Part shown: positions 6,639 through 13,408 of the stretch, piece by piece
Layout of the letters: every line of letters begins with the position of its first letter
Numbering within the stretch: position 1 is the stretch's first letter
Virus record (IMG/VR): IMGVR_UViG_2799113093_000010
Reading direction: 5' to 3' (one strand)
DNA length: 17,694 nt
DNA from: a virus
Taxonomy: Duplodnaviria > Heunggongvirae > Uroviricota > Caudoviricetes
The notes under the pieces: generated by a model
The model's database searches: none
Seen by the model: only the letters and a program-made list of their open reading frames with translations
Told to the model about the DNA's origin: nothing
Made by a program: the position numbers and the translations under genes

Positions 6639-6785
6639 ATGGAAGAGCCATATGTGATTGATCTGAGCGGGTGGACGCGTCTGCCCGAAGCGGTCCACTA
6701 CGCGGATGTACGGGGGATCGACTTCGGCGATGCGATCCGGGAACTCGTCAATGCCGGCCTGAGTAACTGGAATGGCAACCCGTAG
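6639..6785 (+). CDS. Small protein, 48 aa (MEEPYVIDLSGWTRLPEAVHYADVRGIDFGDAIRELVNAGLSNWNGNP)
   Basis: Below the ORF-track cutoff; perfect AGGAGG SD at 6629-6634, ATG 6639, TAG 6783-6785, followed by a terminator. Confidence 0.65.
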   Translation: MEEPYVIDLSGWTRLPEAVHYADVRGIDFGDAIRELVNAGLSNWNGNP

Positions 6786-6815
6786 AGAAAGCGCACCCGT
6801 GCTGCAGAAACAGGG

Positions 6816-6842
6816 AACCCCCCAAGCTCAGCTTGGGGGGTT
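6816..6842. terminator. Strong hairpin terminator, probably bidirectional
   Basis: AACCCCCCAAGC-TCA-GCTTGGGGGGTT followed by GATTT; lies between the + toxin unit and the - tRNA unit. Confidence 0.8.
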
Positions 6843-6947
6843 GATTTGCATGCGGCGGTGTCCAGAATTAGCAGCCCACGTCTGAAACACCCTTACCGGC
6901 CGTCGGCCACATGCTGCAGTAGACGATACGCCCCGATCAGGGCCTTG

Positions 6948-7020
6948 TGCCACCGGCAGGAGTCGAACCTGCAACCGTCCGCTTAGGAGGCGTCCGCTCT
7001 ATCCGTTGAGCTACGGCGGC
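6948..7020 (-). tRNA. tRNA-Arg(CCT), 73 nt, CCA not encoded, imperfect anticodon stem
   Basis: GCCGCCG-TA-GCTC AACGGATA GAGC-G-GACGC CT CCT AA GCGGA-CGGTT-GCAGG TTCGACT CCTGC-CGGTGGC-A. Acceptor, D and T arms pair; anticodon is the complement of 6985-6987. Confidence 0.85.
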
Positions 7021-7043
7021 ATGCGAGCGGTGCGCTGGAAGCG

Positions 7044-7274
7044 CTATCGGCCGCCCGTCTCGATCCTGTTCACGATCTGCCCGGCTCTGACCTTCGTGAT
7101 TTCGGCTGCTTTCGCCAGCCTGGTCTTCGCGATGCCCATGGCGTCGCCGGTACGGATCAGGTCGTAGATGTGGTCCTGCACGTCTCTCCGCTGCTGGATC
7201 AAGGACTTCTTCTTCTGGCTGGCTGCAGCCAGGTCAGCAAGCAGCTCAAGCCGTTGCTGGGTGTCCTCGTCCAT
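7044..7274 (-). CDS. Small coiled-coil + C-terminal HTH protein, 76 aa (start moved to 7274); candidate repressor/antitoxin
   Basis: MGIAKTRLAKAAEITKVRAGQIV fits a helix-turn-helix; TATACT lies 8 nt before the ATG; stop is 23 nt upstream of the tRNA. Confidence 0.7.
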   Translation of the reverse strand: MDEDTQQRLELLADLAAASQKKKSLIQQRRDVQDHIYDLIRTGDAMGIAKTRLAKAAEITKVRAGQIVNRIETGGR

Positions 7275-7282
7275 AGCGCCAT

Positions 7283-7299
7283 AGTATAGGCGCCTGTAC
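7283..7299 (-). promoter_or_regulatory. -10 TATACT with operator O3 (7284-7299) upstream of the HTH-tRNA unit
   Basis: Minus strand reads GTACAGGCGCCTATACT versus GTAAAGGCGCCTATACT at 6304-6320 (16/17 identical). Confidence 0.75.
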
Positions 7300-7417
7300 C
7301 CCACTCCAAGTGGGAGAACTTGGTGCCCTCCAGGCTGAGCCGCGTGCTCTCCCGGAGTGTGCTGCATCGATCAAGATCCCACTGTAGAGTGCCCGCTAAC
7401 AGTTTGGTCGAGGGGGT

Positions 7418-7744
7418 GTGGTGGCAGGCGACAAAGAGGTGCTCAAGGTCGACCTCGACGCGCTGGGCAAGCTGGGTCCGCATCTGCGGACGCTCGAAGA
7501 GCAGATCACCGCCAGCACTGCGGCCTGCAGCACGACGGCACCGGCGGGTGCTGATCCGGGCCTGGCGGCGCTGTACGGAATGTCGAAAGCCATCGTCGAT
7601 GTCAAGAAGGTCGCCGCTGCTCGGTTGGGGACGATCGCGGACTTCGCCGATGAAGCCCAGAAAGATTTCGCGGTCACGTCCAGTTCGCTGGAGGCCGGTT
7701 TCCGTAACCTGCCCAGCATCTACAAGCCGCCGCTGCAAGCGTAG
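7418..7744 (+). CDS. WXG100-like small ESX (type VII) substrate/partner
   Basis: About 108 aa, helical, LKVDLDALGKL N-terminus typical of mycobacterial ESX partners; directly upstream of the WxG toxin. It has no Trp, so the call rests on size and context. Confidence 0.65.
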   Translation: MVAGDKEVLKVDLDALGKLGPHLRTLEEQITASTAACSTTAPAGADPGLAALYGMSKAIVDVKKVAAARLGTIADFADEAQKDFAVTSSSLEAGFRNLPSIYKPPLQA

Positions 7745-7753
7745 GGGCGTGTC

Positions 7754-10084
7754 GTGACGCCGCTCGATGAGTTCATGGCGAAAGACCGGAACTCCTATAT
7801 GGTGCCGGTGGGCGAGTGGCGACCGCAGACCACGCAGTACAAGGAAGCCTACGACGACTACAAACGCTGGGCCGATAACCCCGCGGGTAGCGAGTGGTGG
7901 GGGCGCTGCGCGAATGCGACATCGGAAGTCGCGGCGAAGGATTGCCACAACTCCGATCACACCGACGACACCACCGAGGATGCCGTCAGGTTGATAACGG
8001 CCACCATCACCTACGAAGTGGTGGAGCCGCTGACCGCTGGCCAGAACCTGATCGAGCGAGTGCTAGCCCGCAAGAACCAGGGTGTGTCCATCGATCAGAC
8101 CTATCACGTGACCTACACCGCCCCGGAGGGGATGAGCGAAGCACAGGCCGCCAAGAACACCAAGGAAGCCGAAGAAGCCGAACGCCAGATCAAGGAATAC
8201 GTCGCCAAGTGGGAGAAGGGCTGCCAAACCCTCAAAACCCAGGCCGACGCCGCGGCCCAGAAGATCACCGACCGCACCAACCCGGCAACAGTCCTCGTCG
8301 ACGGCCGCAAGGTCCTACGCGACGCGGTCGGCCCCGTTCCGGCTGCTCGCCCCGGTGTGGAGACGGTGGTGGGTGGCAAGCCGGTCTCGGAGTTGTTGCC
8401 AGGGATTAACCCCCGCCAGGTCGACCCGGCCGCCACGACTGCTCAGACCGCTTCGACCGCGACGCCGACCGATCCGTCGAAGCTGCTGGAACAGTCGTTG
8501 CCCAAGCCCGCAGCCGACCAGAAGCCGGTCTACGATCCGAAGTCGCTGGGCTCCCTGGGTAGCGTGACTGGCTTCTTGGAGGCGAACAAGAAGCCCGACG
8601 CGAAGCCGGCCGATCAGCCTGCACCGCAACAGAAGGGCTTTATCGACGGTTGGGTCGATGAAGCGAAGAAGACAGCCTCGGGCATCGTCGAACACGCTGG
8701 GGATCTGGTCGGCCTGCACGGCGCTGACAAGGCCAAGGACGCGTGGATACAGACCGCGACGGGCATGGGGATGCAGTTGGCCGAGCAGGACCCAACCTTC
8801 GGCCCGGCCATTCGGAACTATGAGAACCAGGTCGAGGCGGTGAACAACGCCGCCGAGACGATCCAGCACCCCGAAGACACCATGCGGCGGGTCGGTGCGC
8901 AGACCTTCGATTTTCAGGCCAAGCTCGGTGCCGATGCCCTAGCGCTCGGTACCGGTGGGATTGGTCGCGTGGCCGAGGGCGGCATTCTGGAAGGAGCGCT
9001 CGCCGAGGGTCGAGCTGGACTGTCCGAGGCTGCCGTTCCGACCCTTCGAGGTGCCGTCACCGACAGCGTTAAGGGCTTCCTCGATGACGCGATGCACCCA
9101 CACATCGAGGCACCAGCAGCACCCCACGTCGAAACCCCCTCCCTGCCGCGCGTCGAGACTCCCGTAGCACCCCACGTCGAAGCCCCAGCTGCACCCCACG
9201 TCGAGACGCCCCCACCTCCGCAGGCAGACGTACCGACCACACCCCATACGGAAGCACCCGCACCGCACACCGAGGTACCTGCAGCGCCGAGAGCGGAAGT
9301 CCCCGCCGCGCCCCACGTCGAAGCCCCGGCTGCGCCGCGGGCCGAGGTACCGGTAGCACCACACGTAGAGGGTCCCGCAACACCTCATGCCGAAGTACCG
9401 TCAGCACCGCAGCTAGACGGGGTACCAGTAGCACCGCATGTAGAGGCACCCGCCGCGCCGGACGCCGAAGCACCTGCGCCCGCTCCACACCAACCAGAAC
9501 CGAACGTCGGAACCAGCCACCCGGAGCCGAACACCGGTCATCAGCCACCGCCGACAAGCGGTGGCGATCACTCCGCAGGCAGTGGTGATCACACACCGGC
9601 GCACACCGATTCGGACTCAGGTAGCCGGCTACCAGCGCATGGGGAGCCGGACTCATTTGGCTACGACGCCGACGGCAACCGACTCAGGTACGCGAACGAT
9701 AGGCCAGATTACGGCGCGGGGCAGGAGGAGACGGTCTGGAACAACTCGCGTGACGACCAGCTGGCACGCATCGACGCCGGCCAGCTCGACCTTCCCCGAC
9801 CTGGTCCGAACCAGCAGTGGGTGGAGCTACATCCTCAGGGTCCGATCGGCGACGACTGGACCGTTCAGAACGGCCACCGACTAATCGAATGGGAGCCCGG
9901 TGACTCTCGCAGAGGCCTCTGGGACATGGGTCACGGCCGCGGACTGGAGTACCGCGACCTTCGACAGTTGTATCTGAACGGCGACATCTCCTTTGAGGAA
10001 TTCATGAGCCGGTACCGGGATCCCGGCAACTACCGAGTCGAGGACCCGTACCGGAACCAGTCCCACATTGACGAGGGTCCATGA
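7754..10084 (+). CDS. ESX-secreted polymorphic toxin with C-terminal GH-E (HNH/EndoVII) nuclease domain
   Basis: N-terminal WxG (EWWG, aa 47-50) helical domain; LALGTGG pre-toxin-like segment; Pro-rich linker; C-terminal RP.Y..GQ.E.VW, WDMGH..G.E (9920-) and DP.NYR.E...N.SH..E. Confidence 0.88.
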   Translation: MTPLDEFMAKDRNSYMVPVGEWRPQTTQYKEAYDDYKRWADNPAGSEWWGRCANATSEVAAKDCHNSDHTDDTTEDAVRLITATITYEVVEPLTAGQNLIERVLARKNQGVSIDQTYHVTYTAPEGMSEAQAAKNTKEAEEAERQIKEYVAKWEKGCQTLKTQADAAAQKITDRTNPATVLVDGRKVLRDAVGPVPAARPGVETVVGGKPVSELLPGINPRQVDPAATTAQTASTATPTDPSKLLEQSLPKPAADQKPVYDPKSLGSLGSVTGFLEANKKPDAKPADQPAPQQKGFIDGWVDEAKKTASGIVEHAGDLVGLHGADKAKDAWIQTATGMGMQLAEQDPTFGPAIRNYENQVEAVNNAAETIQHPEDTMRRVGAQTFDFQAKLGADALALGTGGIGRVAEGGILEGALAEGRAGLSEAAVPTLRGAVTDSVKGFLDDAMHPHIEAPAAPHVETPSLPRVETPVAPHVEAPAAPHVETPPPPQADVPTTPHTEAPAPHTEVPAAPRAEVPAAPHVEAPAAPRAEVPVAPHVEGPATPHAEVPSAPQLDGVPVAPHVEAPAAPDAEAPAPAPHQPEPNVGTSHPEPNTGHQPPPTSGGDHSAGSGDHTPAHTDSDSGSRLPAHGEPDSFGYDADGNRLRYANDRPDYGAGQEETVWNNSRDDQLARIDAGQLDLPRPGPNQQWVELHPQGPIGDDWTVQNGHRLIEWEPGDSRRGLWDMGHGRGLEYRDLRQLYLNGDISFEEFMSRYRDPGNYRVEDPYRNQSHIDEGP
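9098..9481 (+). repeat. 16 tandem ~8-aa repeats (consensus PHVEAPAA) in the toxin linker
   Basis: PHIEAPAA/PHVETPSL/PRVETPVA/PHVEAPAA/.../PDAEAPAP; one 7-aa and one 9-aa unit. Confidence 0.9.
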
Positions 10085-10108
10085 CTAATCCAGAGGTAGG
10101 GTGATGCC

Positions 10109-10627
10109 GTGAGCGTGGTCATGGCCGCATGGGAGGGGTCGTTTGAGGATTTCCTCAGCGTGTATACCCCTGCCGACGCGACGAAGCTCTTCGGGGACGG
10201 ACGTCCGCTGCTTTTCAAGTCCGTCGGAAACAGAGACGTCAAGGCGCGAGTAGCGATCACTAATCGGCTGCTGGACGACGGCGCCGACCCGTCGATAGCG
10301 CCCGACAACGTGAACGTGCTGCACGTGCTTTTCGACCAGCGAACACATGACACGGAGTACGAGGCACCGATGCTGCGGCGGTTGATCGAACGCGGCGCGG
10401 ACATCAACCTGTTCTCCAAGCGGTCTGGTCCACCGCTCGCGGTGTTGATCCAGCACGGCCCGTCGCCGGAGAGCGAGTGCGTTCCCTTCTACGACGTGAT
10501 ATTCGATCAGCCGAACCTCGATCTCACCGGCCGCTACCTACATGACCTCATCTTCAACTCCGCGTGGAACCTGCCCATCCTCCGGGAGCGGGTGCTGGCG
10601 TACGAGTCTGCGCACGAATCGGCGTAG
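10109..10627 (+). CDS. Ankyrin-repeat-like immunity protein
   Basis: LLDDGADPS, N.LH.L and LIERGADIN ankyrin motifs; first gene after the toxin; SD-like GAGGTAGGG. Confidence 0.78.
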   Translation: MSVVMAAWEGSFEDFLSVYTPADATKLFGDGRPLLFKSVGNRDVKARVAITNRLLDDGADPSIAPDNVNVLHVLFDQRTHDTEYEAPMLRRLIERGADINLFSKRSGPPLAVLIQHGPSPESECVPFYDVIFDQPNLDLTGRYLHDLIFNSAWNLPILRERVLAYESAHESA

Positions 10628-10631
10628 ATGG

Positions 10632-10997
10632 ATGGCTGACTACATCGACTTCATCCCGAAGTCCGGGGTGTGCCTCGCCACTGAGAATGTGATGGACCGT
10701 CGAGGCGTCGTCCGCTGGATGTGGCGGCGAGAGTCTCAGCGGCCCGCTGACAACGGCTGGCGAATCATGAGCCATCTCGACACGAGTGAGTACCTCGATG
10801 ACCCGAACAACTGGCGGATAGTCGCGTTCAACGATGTCTGCAACATCGAGCCGGCGCTGATCGGCATCTACGACTTCCCAGTCGGGTCCGACCTGCAGAT
10901 CGTGCGTGACGAGCGGGGCATCAGCATCTACGACACCCCGACCGGGCGGCAGATACCCGAGGAAGAGTTCTACGTTCCGCCGGAGTTCCGGGCATAG
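10632..10997 (+). CDS. DUF2185/Imm33-like immunity protein (start moved to 10632)
   Basis: C.AT..V...V.WM.R....ADNGWR..S...SEYLDDP.N..IV.FN...NIEP....YD.PVGSDL matches the DUF2185 pattern; ATG 4 nt after the previous stop. Confidence 0.8.
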   Translation: MADYIDFIPKSGVCLATENVMDRRGVVRWMWRRESQRPADNGWRIMSHLDTSEYLDDPNNWRIVAFNDVCNIEPALIGIYDFPVGSDLQIVRDERGISIYDTPTGRQIPEEEFYVPPEFRA

Positions 10998-11019
10998 TCG
11001 CGCGGCGCTAACAGAAAAG

Positions 11020-11051
11020 TGCGCCCCTACCCCGTGAGGGGCAGGGGCGCA
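11020..11051. terminator. Bidirectional terminator between the toxin operon and the late/lysis operon
   Basis: TGCGCCCCT-A-CCCC-GTGA-GGGG-C-AGGGGCGCA; AGAAAAG before it (U-tract on -) and TGCTCTTTC after. Confidence 0.8.
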
Positions 11052-11075
11052 TGCTCTTTCGGTCAGACGATGGTG

Positions 11076-11423
11076 CTAAACAGCGTCACGGACAGCGGCA
11101 ATGGTGCGGCGCCACTCGGCGACCTTCTCCGGTGACACCTGGTCGCCGACCAGCACCACCATCTCGTCGGCCACCACCAGCAGCGCCCGGGTCAACCGCT
11201 CCAGCGTCTGCAGCTCCGCGTCCAGCTTCTCCTCGCGTCTCTCCAGTCGCGAGATCAGCTTGTTGGAGGACTCGGTGATCGTGCCGGCCGCGGTCGCCAC
11301 CGACTTCGCGGCGTCCGCGCGCTTGGAGCCGCGCGCGAACAGCCCGGAGATGATGGCGGTCATGAGGGAGCCCGCCGCGGCGGAACCCGCGATGGCCATG
11401 AGGATCTGGGGGAGGTCGCTCAC
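11076..11423 (-). CDS. Lysis-cassette membrane protein (N-terminal TM + coiled coil)
   Basis: Hydrophobic aa 7-29, then heptad-like LERREEKLDAELQTLERL; GTGA overlap with the upstream gene. Confidence 0.75.
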   Translation of the reverse strand: MSDLPQILMAIAGSAAAGSLMTAIISGLFARGSKRADAAKSVATAAGTITESSNKLISRLERREEKLDAELQTLERLTRALLVVADEMVVLVGDQVSPEKVAEWRRTIAAVRDAV

Positions 11424-11860
11424 TGGCGGTGGGCCTCCCGTTCAACACGGGCAAGCTCTCGCGCGCTGCGTAGAACCAGGAACGCCACGCACACGGACAG
11501 GCCGGCGCCCACGGCAGCCGAGAATGATCCGCCCAGCCCCACATACCAGTAGGCGGTGACCACCGACGCCAGCCCGAACCACTGCCCGACGTCTCCACCC
11601 AACTGGAGCCACAACCCCGAGTACCGCAACTTGCCGCGCAGCTGACAGCCGATCAGCACGATGCCTGGGCACATGATGTTGATCCAGATCCAGCACTGGT
11701 AGAAGAACTCGCCGAGCACCGGCTCGATCGGCGACGGCGGCTCGTCGTAGAACAGGGCGTACCAGCCCCAGCAGCAGAACGCCGTGTACATCACGCACTG
11801 ATAGAGGCGCACCGACTTCGAGTCGAGGAGCGCCCAGAACCACCCGAGCGTGGACCGCAT
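11420..11860 (-). CDS. Multi-pass (about 4 TM) lysis-cassette membrane protein (start moved to 11860)
   Basis: Four hydrophobic segments; TGATG coupling to the holin stop at 11860-11862. Confidence 0.75.
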   Translation of the reverse strand: MRSTLGWFWALLDSKSVRLYQCVMYTAFCCWGWYALFYDEPPSPIEPVLGEFFYQCWIWINIMCPGIVLIGCQLRGKLRYSGLWLQLGGDVGQWFGLASVVTAYWYVGLGGSFSAAVGAGLSVCVAFLVLRSARELARVEREAHRQ

Positions 11861-12147
11861 CACTTGGCCAGTTCGACGGCGGTGGTGAGCGACGCTGTCC
11901 CCGGATTGCCGCGGCGAAGCGACCACAGCGAGAACAGGATCGACAGCACCAGGGTGCCCGAGCCGACGTCGAAGCCGCTGGCCCAGTCGATGTCGGAGAA
12001 CGCGACGGTGCCTTGGCCGATAGCCAGGCCGGTGGCCGCGTCGATCAGGTGAGCGCCGACGATGAATCCGCCGGCGAATGTCTTGACGGCACGCTCGCCA
12101 ATGTCCTTGACGGTGGCTTGGTACTTCTCGGGGATCGGGTTATACAT
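11860..12147 (-). CDS. Holin, r1t-like family (start moved to 12147)
   Basis: ERAVKTFA...IDW.......LSILFSL pattern of r1t-type holins; RBS GAGGGAG; follows lysB. Confidence 0.78.
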   Translation of the reverse strand: MYNPIPEKYQATVKDIGERAVKTFAGGFIVGAHLIDAATGLAIGQGTVAFSDIDWASGFDVGSGTLVLSILFSLWSLRRGNPGTASLTTAVELAK

Positions 12148-12274
12148 TGCTGCTCCCTCTATTCGAGTAAATACGAACGCGCAGGTCAAAGCCTCAATCG
12201 CGCTTACAGTCGGTTTAGAGCTGAAATAGATTCAGGGGTTCGGGACTGGGCCGGACTTACTACCGCTACAACCG

Positions 12275-13408
12275 CTATTGCAGCTGCGCGGCGACGTCGA
12301 ACTGGAAGCCCTGGTTCCACTCGGCCCAGGACCCGGGGAACAACAGAAGCGTTGCGGTAGGCACCTTCTCGCGGATCAACGCGGTGGCCTTGTCCACGGC
12401 GTTCATCCCGTCCCACAGCCAGTACTTCGGGTCCTGCTCGCCGTAGCGGCCATGCGCACCGGTGACCGCGAACTTGATTGCGTCAGTGAGCAGTTGGATG
12501 AGCTGCGGCAGCAGCGCCAGGATCTGGATCGGCCCGAGCAGGTTTCCGACGACGTTGGCTGGTCCGCTGGTCATCGCGCCCGCGAGCCCGGACAGCACTC
12601 CAGCGACCGGATCGGTGGATGGTGCCTGTCCCATGAGCTGCTGCATGGCCATCGTCGGGAACTGGGTGAACAACCAGGTGGCGAAGTCCAACGTCAACTC
12701 GGCACGCGAGATGACCTGGTACAGGATGAACAGCAACCCTCTGGCTTGCGGGTACCAGTCGCCGTCGATGGCGAACGAGTAGTAGCGGTCCCAGCACCAT
12801 TGCGGCTGCGGCTCTTTCGAGATGCCCTCGCCGGGCATATCGCCAAGCAGCGAACCCTGCGCGGGCATAGACGGGTCGCCGAAGGTGACCACCATCTTGA
12901 TGTCGCCGCGCCACTCGGGGGGCACCGTGTTCAGGAACCGCTGCACCGAGGTGCCGCCCATGCTGTATCCGATCGGCACGATGGGCGCCGGACCGTTGGC
13001 ACGCAGGATCGAGTGCAGCCGGTGCCCCTCCTGCCCGAAGTTCCACACGTCCTTCTGGAAGCTCGGGGCGTCGGGCGGCATCAGGTAGGCGCGGGAGTCG
13101 CCGCCGACACCCTGAATCGGGAACCGGGGCGGCTCGGCCGGGTGTGGGATCAGGCCGAGTGCATCGCGGGTGTTGTAGTCCAGCACGCCGTCGATGCGCA
13201 GCGGCACCTTGCCCTGCCGCACCCGCTCCACGTTCTTGTTGATCTGGTATGTGACTAGCGCCGCGCGGAAGTCCTCGCCGAAGTACGTTTCGTCGTCGAG
13301 CAGCTTCCCATACGAGAACTTGCGTCGCAGTTCGCGTTTCGCGGCCTGGACAGGCTCGCCGCGGTCACCGACGCCATAGCCGATCCACTTGCCGTCAGGT
13401 CCGTTCAC
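12275..13408 (-). CDS. lysB: Lysin B (mycolylarabinogalactan esterase, cutinase-like) with N-terminal peptidoglycan-binding domain
   Basis: PGBD-like GVGDRGEPV...LVTYQ...DGVLDYNT..AL; nucleophile GYSMG (Ser 12964-12962), FGDP, DGDWY (12766-12758), AHGRY (His 12454-12452); GTGA-coupled to lysA. Confidence 0.88.
   Translation of the reverse strand: MNGPDGKWIGYGVGDRGEPVQAAKRELRRKFSYGKLLDDETYFGEDFRAALVTYQINKNVERVRQGKVPLRIDGVLDYNTRDALGLIPHPAEPPRFPIQGVGGDSRAYLMPPDAPSFQKDVWNFGQEGHRLHSILRANGPAPIVPIGYSMGGTSVQRFLNTVPPEWRGDIKMVVTFGDPSMPAQGSLLGDMPGEGISKEPQPQWCWDRYYSFAIDGDWYPQARGLLFILYQVISRAELTLDFATWLFTQFPTMAMQQLMGQAPSTDPVAGVLSGLAGAMTSGPANVVGNLLGPIQILALLPQLIQLLTDAIKFAVTGAHGRYGEQDPKYWLWDGMNAVDKATALIREKVPTATLLLFPGSWAEWNQGFQFDVAAQLQ

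Noticed and set aside
6846-6946. Second degenerate tRNA or ncRNA in the tRNA trailer
   Set aside because: Only an imperfect ~10-bp stem (6857-6891); no T-loop or cloverleaf.
4392-6955. Satellite element inserted in the tRNA-Arg(CCT) 3' end (GTGCCACC at 4392-4399 and 6947-6954)
   Set aside because: Only 8 bp, inside a coding region, with no dedicated integrase; the shared operator on both sides of the tRNA argues for one module.
7729-7744. YxxxD/E ESX secretion signal in the small partner
   Set aside because: The terminal Tyr is followed by KPPL, with no acidic residue at +4.
9442-9457. Fourth operator copy (GTAGAGGCACCCGCCG)
   Set aside because: Matches only the left part, is not palindromic, and lies within the repeat-coding region.
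9098-9481. CRISPR array
   Set aside because: Repeats are in-frame, degenerate coding units with no unique spacers and no cas genes.
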